DNA of 63,526 nucleotides, filler included, from Octopus bimaculoides (Eukaryota), in NCBI RefSeq assembly GCF_001194135.2. It is 10 parts of 9 records of this genome, joined end to end, with 100 filler letters (N's around TTAATTAATTAA, not from the genome) between each part and the next. Parts side by side here need not be neighbours in the genome. Positions count along the whole stretch, not along the records: positions 49,736 to 55,402 come from NC_069002.1; positions 55,503 to 62,229 come from NC_069008.1; positions 62,330 to 63,526 come from NC_069004.1; 7 more parts are not named here. The stretch is one strand, 5' to 3'. Shown here piece by piece: positions 52,500 through 63,484 of the stretch. How positions within the stretch are numbered: position 1 is the stretch's first letter; each line of letters starts with the position of its first letter. The translations under genes were made by a program, and so were the position numbers. The notes beneath the pieces are model-generated. The model saw only the letters and a list, made by a program, of their open reading frames with translations. It made no database searches and had not been told where the DNA came from.

Positions 52500-55124
52500 T
52501 GTGCGTACATGCATATGTTTGTGTGTATAAACATATCTATCTATTTATATATAATGTTTGTGTGTGTGTGCGTGCTTTTTCCCCACCCCTTGACCGTTGG
52601 TGTTGGTATGCTTATGGCTCGAAACCTATCGGTTCGGCAAAATACGCTGATAAAATAAGAAGAAGTCTTTTAAAATATCAGTAATTGGGTCGACTTGTTT
52701 GACTAAACCTTTCGAAGCAGTGCCTCTACTGGCCGCAGCCTAATAACTGAAACAAGTAAAAGTGTTAAAGAAAATTAAAAGTTGGGAGTGTCCCTCTCCG
52801 GAAAGCTCCTACACAGAACACGCCTGCTAAAGTTTCGCCCCTCAATTCTTCGTTCGGCTATAATAGAAAAAAAATCAATTCCTTAATATGGTGCCTTGTA
52901 GTGGGATCAAACACTAAAATATAGAATTACGAAAAGAAATTCTTTACCACGCAGTCATTGAAAGTGAAGATGAGGATTTCAAAATAAAGCACAACCCATC
53001 CTTCACCCCGCAAGAATTAATGCATCTTCGAATTCATTAACTGCAAAATCCTCAATTACATTTCCTATTGCTCTGCTATCAAATCCTCATTAGCAGCTAC
53101 ATCTAAAGTATTCTTGAACAAATTATCTTCATTTATCTCTGTTTTTCTCCTTTGTCTCTCACTCTGTGGCCGTCAAATTAGTCATTTCTACTTTCCTTTA
53201 TTTTCACCTTCCCAGCAAAACCTAGTTTAGCATGAAGGAGTCTAGAAAGCTATTAGATTTTCACAGAAAACAAAACTGAATATTGATTTCTTTGAGAGAA
53301 GGATTTTCTCCACCCCTCACATCCATTTTACTTCTTTCTTGTCTTCGTTCCATTTTTATTTTTATTCCCTCTTCACGCGTTGATTACACGACCTATTATT
53401 AAATTTGAAAGGTTTAAATATCTTGATGTTGCATACAGACCTTAAAGTCTCAAGAACAATGCTCCAACTGAATATTTAGTAATTGTATTTCATAAGAAAG
53501 ACATCTCATCTTCGTTGGCCTTTGCAGTAATCATTGCACAATAAGAAACCGAATTTACTAAACCATCTGCGCCAATAGAAAATTCTACTCGATTCAAAAG
53601 CTTTTATTCTTGTCTTCAAAGTAACACAACGTCGTCTATTTTTAAATTGACTTAAATTAGAAGCTTTTAGAAGTTGGATCCAGGGACAGGAAATCCGTTT
53701 AGATTTAAATAAATAGATCTGCCGAACAACCCTCTTAACAACGGAAAGGTCTCTTGAAATATCAAACCATTTATAGAAATATAAATTTACTTGAAGTAGA
53801 TGGAGAGCAATTTCAATTGTCGGGTTAATAATAACATTTAATCAGGAAAGATGAGGAGCAGACAGCAAAACCCAGGAATAAAATATATCTAAGTATCTTA
53901 GATTGTTCTTGTACGTCCTTGGTTCAACTTCAGTTCAGAGAATAAGCTTTACTTTCCTTACTTGTAAAATCGTTGTAGTATTACACTGTAGAAATGACGA
54001 TCCATCGAGTTCGAATCCCACTCAAATTACATTCCACTGACAAAAGATGGATACATTGCGTTTGAATAAAAGAAGCGTTGAATAAAAGAAGACTGAATAA
54101 AAGAAGGATTGCTCGAGTAAAGTTCATTTAGCGATGGCCCATCAAAGTCGACAGCAGTGATAACAATTAACTCAGAATTGGGGTTTAAAGATTTTTGTAT
54201 TGATGGAGAGAGGGCCTCGAGTTCATAATTTTGACACAATTGTTCCTCCTTGAGCTGCAGTAAAGAGTACGGATTGTAAGAAAGGTCAGGCATCTGTTTT
54301 CATCGAAGAGTTTTCATGATTCTTTGCTTGATAAATAGTATTCGAATGTTAAAAAAAAAGTGTGATAAGACTAAAAACTTCATGACACATCACCGTTTAA
54401 CATTCAACAAGCTCAAGTTACAGCTTGTTTCCATGAAACCACTTGATAATGGACGTGATTAACACTTTTAACTCTCAGCCCTTTCTCTTAATACATATTT
54501 AAATGCAATTTATTAAAAGTTAATATTAGTTCCATGTATTAATTTCAGAACATCGTCTATAGTTGTTTATAGGTCTAACTATATCTTCTGCAGACAGAAG
54601 GGATTCCATGAAAATTCAATGTCTATAAAATATGAAATGGGACCGTTAGCAATACGAGGGCAAACAAATATATCCAATCTCGTAATGTGGTCCTGTGAAC
54701 ATGTTATACATGAATTGGGACAGTGAATAGGGAGGTGGGTTCAACATGTCATATTTCTAGACATCCATGTGAGCGACAGGAGTTGGGTTATGAGATAGTG
54801 TTCGGTACCATGACGACGGTGGTGAACTGATTATCTGGTCATGACATCAATGAGGCTAGCCATCCACGAAAGCAGTGATTGATAAGAAACTTAGCAGATA
54901 AATATCTAATTAGATCACGCGTTTCGTTCGATGCAGGGATTTCAAACAGTATAGCCAGTTATTATTGTCGGAGCATTTTAACAGCTGGCCAACTTGCAAT
55001 AAAAGATCTGCGAGCAAACCTATTTCAGCCATAGTCATGTCATATACCAACAAGGTTTACACACACAAGCACACAAATACACACATGTGCAAATACACAT
55101 AAGCACACACACACACGTTTTTCG

Positions 55125-55295
55125 TTTTCTCACCATTTTTTCTCTCCATTTTTTCCTCTTAAACCTTTGCGTCGACGAGCGTAGACTCGAAACGTCAAAG
55201 ACTTCTGCATTTTTCCCGAGCGTCAAACTATTGCACATGCTTGATGTCCCCTCGCCTGTCTCCGGCTTTGTTATTTGTAAATTTGGACTATATAT
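55125..55295 (+). mobile_element. Second copy of the 61.6-kb PLE-like terminal repeat family (hammerhead core decayed)
   Basis: Shares GAGCGTAG-CTCGAAACGTCAAAGACTT...TTCCCGAGCGTCA-ACTA with the reverse complement of 61600-61700; the core is degenerate (GCGTCGAC). Confidence 0.6.
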
Positions 55296-55343
55296 ATGTG
55301 TATTTTTGTATATACATAAACATATATATACCTGCATATATAC

Positions 55344-55374
<31 letters not shown>

Positions 55375-56251
55375 CATACATATATATTTATATATATATA
55401 TANNNNNNNNNNNNNNNNNNNNNNNNNNNNNNNNNNNNNNNNNNNNTTAATTAATTAANNNNNNNNNNNNNNNNNNNNNNNNNNNNNNNNNNNNNNNNNN
55501 NNGTCTTGGTTTGTGTTTGCCACCTTGGAATCCTCTGTGTAGTGGATTGATCCACTACTCAGGAAGAGACTATTCTAGAGTACGTTCTGTCTTATCTTCG
55601 AAACGTCTAGATAGAATAGAGACAGCTGATGAAGGGATATTCCAAGTGGCTTTCCGTTTTCCTATGTGTTCGTTCCGTTGTCTGTAGTTTATTGTTCTAA
55701 CGTCCTGTACCCTGATATGCATGTATATACACATGTAGATGTAAGTATGTACATATATGTGTGTATACATGTATATATATTCTTTGTATTATATATATAC
55801 ATATATATATATATATATACATACATGCATACATATATGTATATATTTATGAATATATATGTGTGTGTGCATATGTGTATATGTGTGTATGTTCTTTCCT
55901 ATCTGTTCTGGAAGCATACTTTTGCAGACACGTATACACCCAATGGGAAATTCTGCCTATAAAATTACATCACAAGGATTCGGTGTGTGTGTGTGCTTAT
56001 ATTTATATACACAGACACACAGACACACACACAGACATATGTACATAAAGATCAGCATCATGAATATCCCTTAACTGATGCAGCCAGTCACTGGGGCACC
56101 GCTGTGGATGCCTTCATAGTCAGCCGGCACCACTGGTTTCTGTTCTCTGTCATGCATAGCAGGTTCACTGTGTTGCGACCTGTGCAGTCCTTGATGTTGT
56201 CAAACCAGGATTTTCCCTCCTGTCTGCTTTTGTTTTGCAGAGAGAGAAGTA

Positions 56252-56311
<60 letters not shown>

Positions 56312-56646
56312 GTATGCATATATATATACATATGTATGTATGCTTATCTATCTATCTATATATATANNNNNNNNNNNNNNNNNNNNNNNNNNNNNNNNNN
56401 NNNNNNNNNNNNNNNNNNNNNNNNNNNNNNNNNNNNNNNNNNNNNNNNNNNNNNNNNNNNNNNNNNNNNNNNNNNNNNNNNNNNNNNNNNNNNNNNNNNN
56501 NNNNNNNNNNNNNNNNNNNNNNNNNNNNNNNNNNNNNNNNNNNNNNNNNNNNNNNNNNNNNNNNNNNNNNNNNNNNNNNNNNNNNNNNNNNNNNNNNNNN
56601 NNNNNNNNNNNNNNNNNNNNNNNNNNNNNNNNNNNNNNNNNNNNNT

Positions 56647-57197
56647 TACTTGTTTCAGTGATTTGACTGTGGCCATGCTGGAGCACCACCTTTAGATGAG
56701 CAAATCGACCCTAGGACTTATTCTTTGTAAGCCTAGTACTTATTCTATCGGTCTCTTTTGCTGAACCGCTAAGTTACAGGGATGTAAACACATCAGCATC
56801 GCTTGTCAAGCGATGTTGGGGGGACAAACAGTAGCTTGCTTACCAACCACATGGTTCCGGGTTCAGTCCCACTGCGTGGCACCTTGGGCAAGTGTCTTCT
56901 ACTATAGCCTTGGGCCGACCAAAGCCTTGAGTGGATTTGGTAGACGGAAACTGAAAGAAGCCCGTCGTATATATGTATATGTTATATATATGTGTATTTG
57001 TGTATCTGTGTTTGTCCCCCCACCATCGCTTGACAACCGATGCTGGTGTAGTTATGTCCCCATAACTTAGCGGTTCGGCAAAAGAGACCGGCTTACAAAG
57101 AATAAGTCCTGGGGTCGATTTGCTCGACAAAAGGCAGTGCTCCGGCATGGCCACAGTCAAATAACTGAAACAAGTAAGACAGTAAAAGAGTAAAGAG
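56647..57197. mobile_element. Two SINE-A pieces fused in opposite orientation
   Basis: Minus-strand tail at 56647-56829 joined directly to a plus-strand, slightly 5'-truncated copy at 56830-57197. Confidence 0.9.
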
Positions 57198-58056
57198 TAT
57201 ATATATATATATATTCAACACTGAGTTTGTGTGGTTTCCCTTAAAGATAAAATAGTTGAAACAACATGGTCATTTTGTAAGGAAACCTTCAATAAAATAA
57301 ACCTAGGTTTTCTTCTAAACACTGTTCTTTTTTTATTGCAAGTTCCTTTAATTGTAAGATGAGTCTAGCCGTGTGGTTTCAAAGACATTATATATTATAC
57401 ACAGAACAGCATAAACATTCATTAATGCAAAAAATAGGAAGTGAAATATTATATGGTATAATCATCTTTATAGCTGAAATTTTGATCCTACTATTGCCAA
57501 GATTTTCCGTAACTAGTAAATAAGCATTTCCCTACAGACCATAGATATATGATATTTAATAGAATTATCTGAAAGATGAATTATATTTCCTCCAAAAGTT
57601 TGCCAATATCAACAAAAGAAATTGGTTCAGTATGAACACACAGAACTACTTCTATGTAGTTGCAACCACCACATCTGCCTTCTCAATTGTATGTATCTTC
57701 TTTCTAATACTTTAGGTCATTCTTTAAATGAGTTAGATCATGAGTTATTTATGGCTTACTGAAAAGTCATTTAAACAAAACATTTTTGCAACATATGTAT
57801 GTGTCCAGACACTCAGAAAGACGCTTCACTACTTCACTCAAATATATCTGGAGTGTAATGGATGGAAGTATTAACAATTTGCATCATTCACATTATATGC
57901 CACGGGCATGTGGTGTAGTGGTTAAGAGCGCGGACTACTAATCCCAAGATTCCGAGTTCAATTCCAGGCGGTGATCTGCATAATAATAATAATAATAATA
58001 ATAATAACATCGAAAAATACCTTAGGAATGAGAACCCAGGTTTGAAATTTTCCCAA

Positions 58057-58102
58057 GACACCTGATGAAGGGTGGAGGGTATATCAGATGAAATGTTGTG
58101 TT
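58057..58102 (+). ncRNA. Minimal type I hammerhead motif (copy 1, helix II damaged)
   Basis: GACAC-CTGATGA-A-GGGTG..CAGAT-GAAAT-GT-T-GTGTT; aligns base for base with copy 2. Confidence 0.6.
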
Positions 58103-58178
58103 AACAACAAACAAGATGAGGACAAATATCTGTCAAATGTAAATAATGTACATAATTCCTCATCTCTTAACTACAGAA

Positions 58179-58213
<35 letters not shown>

Positions 58214-58271
58214 CAACAACAACATCAAAAAATACCTTAGGAATGAGAACCCAGGTTCGAAATTTCCCCAA

Positions 58272-58317
58272 GACACCTGATGAAGGCTGGAGGGTATATC
58301 AGCCGAAACATTGTGTT
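58272..58317 (+). ncRNA. Minimal type I hammerhead ribozyme motif (copy 2)
   Basis: Helix I GACAC/GUGUU, core CUGAUGA plus one extra A, helix II GGCUG/CAGCC with a 10-nt loop, then GAAAC-AU-U. Helix III has no loop (dimer type). Confidence 0.75.
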
Positions 58318-58754
58318 AACAATAAACAAGATGAGGACAAATATCTGTCATATGTAAATAATGTACATAATTCCTCATCTCTTAAATGTAGAATGTATTT
58401 TTTTCTTGTGAATTATTTGCTCGAAACACGGAGTAGATGAAACAGGGACACCTGAAGAAGGGGTCTATTCTTTATGTTGCATGTCTCGTTTCTCTGTTTG
58501 TTTTTTACGTTGTTCAAAAAAAAGTTCGTTTTCTATGTTTTCGTTTCTCATTGTGTTTAACGTTTTATTTTATGTCCTGTGGCTCATCTGTTTTCCTATG
58601 TGTTCATTCTGTTGTCCGTAAAAAAAAGTCCGTTTTTGTGCTTTGTTCCCGTTCCTTTTTTGACGTCCTGTACCCAGATATGCATCTATATATACATGTA
58701 GATGTAGGTATGTACATACATGTATGTATACATGCATACGCTCATATATCTCTT

Positions 58755-59213
58755 TTACACTTTTACTTGTTTCAGTCTTTTGACTGTGGCCATGCTGGAG
58801 CACCGCCTTTAGTCGAGCAAATCGACCCCAGGACTTATTCTTTAGAAGCCTAGTACTTATTCTATCGGTCTCTTTTTGCCGAACTGCTAAGTTACGGGGA
58901 CATAAACACACCAACATCGGTTGTCAAGCGATGTTGGGGGGACACACATACAAACATATACACACACACACATATATATATATACACATATACNNNNNNN
59001 NNNNNNNNNNNNNNNNNNNNNNNNNNNNNNNNNNNNNNNNNNNNNNNNNNNNNNNNNNNNNNNNNNNNNNNNNNNNNNNNNNNNNNNNNNNNNNNNNNNN
59101 NNNNNNNNNNNNNNNNNNNNNNNNNNNNNNNNNNNNNNNNNNNNNNNNNNNNNNNNNNNNNNNNNACCATGTGGTTGGTAAGCTAGCTACTTACCACACA
59201 GCCACTCCTACGC
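58755..59213 (-). mobile_element. SINE family A spanning an N gap at its internal microsatellite
   Basis: Tail at 58755-58960, gap at 58994-59166, head at 59167-59213. Confidence 0.85.
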
Positions 59214-59315
59214 CTATATCATTTGTATTATTATATATGTATGTATATATACATATATATGTAGGTATGTACATATATGTATGTATATATGCATATATTT
59301 ATATATTATTTATAT

Positions 59316-59366
<51 letters not shown>

Positions 59367-59380
59367 CATGTATGTGTGTG

Positions 59381-59413
<33 letters not shown>

Positions 59414-59798
59414 ATGTGTGTGTGTAATCCATTTAAAAGGAACAAATGTGAAATACTAGGATAGAACCATCCTCTCTCTCCCACCTTTGTTACTACCACT
59501 GCAGCTGCCACTGCCATTCATGCTACCACCACTCCCACTACTGCCACCCCTACCCCCCGACCACTACCACCACCACAACCACTTACAACAAATGTTATAG
59601 TGACATGGAGGTGGAAGCCTTTGTCCTACGTTTATTTTTTTTAAATATGCATTAGCAAAGGCAGTATAACCAGGAAGTTGATATTCTGTTGTACTTTTCC
59701 TGTCTGACATGTTTCTGTGTGTCCTCAATGCTCATAGTTCACACCTTTTCAAATTCATGATAAGAAAAATATATCTATTTCTCTGCATGAATGTGCAT

Positions 59799-59839
<41 letters not shown>

Positions 59840-59921
59840 GCAAGGTGCTCAACGTGTCCACGGAGAGAGAAATAACCTTAAAACCAGTCTAGGTATGTTT
59901 AAGAGGTATATGGATGTGTAA

Positions 59922-60310
59922 GTGGAGGCGCAATGGCCCAGTGGTTAGGGAAGCGGACTCGCGGTCATAGGATCGCAGTTTCGATTCCCAGACCGGGGCG
60001 TTGTGAGTGTTTATTGAGCGAAAGCACCTAAAAGCTCCACGAGTCTCCGGCAGGGGATGGTGGCGAACCCTGCTGTACTCTTTCACCACAACATTCTCTC
60101 ACTCTTACTTCCTGTTTCTGTTGTGCCTGTAATTCAAAGGGTCAGCCTTGTCACACTCTGTGTCACGCTGAATCTCCCCGAGAACTACGTTAAGGGTACA
60201 CGTGTCTGTGGAGTGCTCAGCCACTTGCACGTTAATTTCACGAGCAGGCTGTTCCGTTGGTTGGATCAACTGGAACCCTCGACGTCATAAGCGACCGAGT
60301 GCCAACAACA
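59922..60310 (+). mobile_element. tRNA-derived SINE family B, full length with 10-bp TSD
   Basis: A/B boxes (TGGCCCAGTGG; GTTTCGATTCCC) and (AAC)n tail; GGATGTGTAA flanks both sides (59912-59921, 60311-60320). Confidence 0.92.
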
Positions 60311-60599
60311 GGATGTGTAAAGACTTTACACTGCAGTTTGTCATGGAGAATATTACCTGGAAGTCTTCTGTCATGCATCTGTGACCCCTTCAGCGACCCT
60401 TTCCATCCACATGTATACTCCTGCTCCGCTTAGTCCATGGAGTAAAGGTTGCTGAAGAGGTCACAGAGGTGTGATGAAAGATTTCCAAACAATGGACATA
60501 AGATAAAATAAGAACTGTAATAAATGGATGTGTGTGTTTATCTGGCAAAAAAAAAATCAAATAACACTGACATCTCATTTTAACAAATATATTTAGCAA

Positions 60600-61360
60600 T
60601 GTTACATAAAAAATATCTTGAAATACTAAAGAGTAAGTTTATTCAATAAAATTGCCATTGGCTTCAACCATGGCCTCCAGATGACTTCAGAATCTCCTGC
60701 AACTCTTCTGGATGGTTTCCTAGTTTAGGTTGGTGAATGCTGCCATAATTCTTGCCTTAAGTTCATATTTGGTGACAAAAACCAAAGCATGTTTGGTTGG
60801 AGGGGATGCTTGAGTTTGTTCAAAAGCTTCATAGTGTAGTCTTTCCTCTTGTCCTTGATGGCTCGGGATAAAAATTGGCCCTTTCTCATCTTATATGAGG
60901 AATATTAAATGTTTCCATGCACTACCTGCCTGATAAGAAACTCAGATACTCTCATGTCCCTGGCGATGGACCTGATTGACTTGGAAGGATCATTGTCAGT
61001 CATAACCTGAATCTCACCAAGAAATTCAAGAATTCTTTTCTTATCAGAACGATCAAGGTGAGTTTCCGAGCTGCTATATCCTTGTAATCACCATTAGACT
61101 CACCCAACTCTTTCTGAATCCTCTGCACTGTCCTCAGATTGACATCCAAACACTCTGAAATGTTTGTATCGGAGATTCCGGCATGATTGCCAAGCAACAC
61201 ATGTCATTTCCAAATTTTTGGCAGAGTGAATTGCATCATGGTGCTGTTTTTCTGACAGATGGTACCCAAGTGACCCTACTATACTGTGTATAGTAGGGTC
61301 AAAAACAAACATTGCGCATGTGCAAAATTAAAAGTATAAAATGGCGACAGTTTACCCATT
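60600..61360 (-). mobile_element. Internally deleted Tc1/mariner (maT-like) element
   Basis: N-terminal LDVNLRTVQRIQKEL..DNDPSKSIRSIARDM..YKMRKGQFLS..KLLNKLKHPLQPNMLW is joined directly to C-terminal ELKARIMAAFTNLN..SHLEAMVEANGNFIE*. 5' end TACAGG...CTGTCGCCATTTTATAC at about 61335-61360; the other TIR is unclear. Confidence 0.75.
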
Positions 61361-61405
61361 GCCTCCTGTATATATGTGTATGTGTGTGTGTGTGTGTGTG
61401 TGTGA

Positions 61406-61446
<41 letters not shown>

Positions 61447-61636
61447 AGTGTACATCCAAACAGAAAGAAAGCAAAGACTGATGATGAATATCTAAGTATN
61501 NNNNNNNNNNNNNNNNNNNNNNNNNNNNNNNNNNNNNNNNNNNNNNNNNNNNNNNNNNNNNNNNNNNNNNNNNNNNNNNNNNNNNNNNNNNNNTAACAAA
61601 AGTATATATTAGTATGACGCTCGGGAATACGGAAAG

Positions 61637-61673
61637 TCTTTGACGTTTCGAGCTACGCTCTTCAACAGAAAGA
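61637..61673 (-). ncRNA. Hammerhead-like motif with A6U core variant in a PLE-like terminus (element about 61600-61740)
   Basis: Minus strand: TCTTT-CTGTTGA-A-GAGC GTA GCTC-GAAAC-GTC-AAAGA. Helix I 5 bp, helix II 4 bp, palindromic ACGT helix III. Confidence 0.55.
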
Positions 61674-61737
61674 ATACGGAGACAAGGAGAAAAACACGGA
61701 GAAAAAAAATTGAATAGTGTTCAGTCAACGGTCAATC

Positions 61738-61770
<33 letters not shown>

Positions 61771-62329
61771 TACATATGTATATACACATACATATTTATA
61801 TGCATATATATATATAGAAGAAGAAGAAGAAGAAGAAGAAGAAGAAGAAGAAGAAGAAGAAGAAGAAGAAGAAGAAGAAATGATGAAGGAGAAGAAGAAG
61901 ATGAAGTATAAAGAAGCTAAAAAAGAAGATGAGGAAAAAGAAGAAGAAAAGGAGGAAGAGGGAGAAGAAGAAGGAAGACAAAAATGAAGAAGAAGAGGCG
62001 GCGGAAGAAGAAGAAGAAGAAGAAAAAGAGGAGCAAGGAAAGAAGGCAAAGCAGAACAGCAAGTAGCAGCAGCAGCAGCTTCAGGTTTGGTCGGATTCGG
62101 TGCCAAAAACATCAGATCACTTCTGTGGAATTGGTGGAAATAGGGTCGGTGTTTGTTGATGTTACCTGGAACGGGGGTGTAGGCGGTTGGGTTTGGGTTT
62201 GGGTTTGGGTAAGGGCTGGTCGAGTTGGGNNNNNNNNNNNNNNNNNNNNNNNNNNNNNNNNNNNNNNNNNNNNTTAATTAATTAANNNNNNNNNNNNNNN
62301 NNNNNNNNNNNNNNNNNNNNNNNNNNNNN

Positions 62330-62771
62330 ACTGAATAAATCGGTCGGAATGTTGAGAGTCTGTGAGGTCGAATTTCTCATCCTTGAAGCGTGAAAATAAT
62401 TTCTGTGCAATTCTTTCAGTAATAGAGCATTCTCTGTACACAGCACAAATATCTCGAGCGATTTTGGCAGTTTTGGAACCTTGACTAAAAGCGATGAGAA
62501 GCGGGTGTCGAAAACGTCCATTTGTTTTTCTTTTTCACTTGATAATCCATGATACTGTCTGAAAAGAGGTTACATTTATTCAGAATTCAAAATGGTAAAC
62601 AGAAGTTGTAGAGGAAGAATAGAGTTACAAAAATAACCTAAAATACTACTATAAAAATAGCTTTCGTGTTAATTCAAATAGCATTGAAATGAAACGAGCG
62701 AATTTATTAGACAAACCAATAGGCTCTTTGTTCCAACATATTAGACAAACCAATTAGTTCTTTGTTCCAAC
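62330..62771 (-). mobile_element. 5' part of a second mariner-type element, with a tandem ~36-bp duplication at its end
   Basis: FRHPLLIAFSQGSKTAKIARDICAVY..ITERIAQKLFSRFKDEKFDLTDSQHSDRP parallels the 41.4-kb transposase N-terminus. TATTAGACAAACCAAT..TTGTTCCAAC occurs twice at about 62704-62771. Confidence 0.75.
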
Positions 62772-63131
62772 TTCATGTCCATGACAAAATCGCAGACTAC
62801 AGCACACACGTGATCACAAAAACACAAACTTCACAAATTGTGAAGTAAACACAGCGATGTTGCTCGACACACTGCCTCATGATAGTGAAGTAGAGTTAGA
62901 CGTCAAAGAATAGAAAATGGGTAGATCGAAATATACGTATTAAAGAGAGGAGTTTTGTTTCCAGGTACGCTCGCTGAACTGTCTGTCTATCAGGTGGCTG
63001 CAAGCCGTCAGCCGTGTTTACTCTTAACAGAAGCATCTGAAGATAGACGCCAGCAGCTGTATCTGATAAGGGAATGGGAATTATATATGTCGGTGGGAAT
63101 AGATTAAATATTAGCAAACTGGTAATGACGT

Positions 63132-63484
63132 TGTTGTTGGCACTCCGTCGCTTACAACGTCGAGGGTTCCAGTTGATCCGATCAACGGAACAGCCTGCTC
63201 GTGAAATTAACGTGCAAGTGGCTGAGCACTCCACAGACACATGTACCCTTAACGTAGTTCTCGGGGATATTCAGCGTGACACAGTGTGACAAGGCTGACC
63301 CTTTGAATTACAGGCACAACAGAAACAGGAAGTAAGAGTGAGAGAAAGTTGTGGTGAAAGAGTACAGCAGGGTTCATCACCATCCCCTGCCGGAGCCTCG
63401 AGGAGCTTTAGGTGTTTTCGTTCAATAAACACTCACAGCGCCCGGTCTGGGAATCGAAACCGCGATCCTATGACCGCGAGTCCG
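63132..63484 (-). mobile_element. SINE family B, 5'-truncated, with 11-bp TSD
   Basis: Highly similar reverse complement of 59960-60310; GGTAATGACGT at 63121-63131 and 63485-63495. Confidence 0.92.

Larger units (their letters stand above)
57904..58393 (+). mobile_element. tRNA-headed element with two tandem hammerhead-bearing units (SINE/retrozyme-like, PLE-type terminus)
   Basis: A-box TGGTGTAGTGG (57911-57921) and B-box-like GAGTTCAATTCC (57954-57965), then two ~200-213 bp direct repeats (57981-58180, 58181-58393). Each begins with (AAT)n and contains GACAC-CTGATGA-A-stem-GAAA-x-x-TT-GTGTT. Confidence 0.8.

Noticed and set aside
55570-55660. GAAACGTC followed by CTGATGAAGGG as a possible circularly permuted (type II) hammerhead; similar at 58425-58470
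   Set aside because: No helix I can form between TAGAT and GACAG, and helix II pairing is poor; at most these are decayed halves of a PLE-like terminus.
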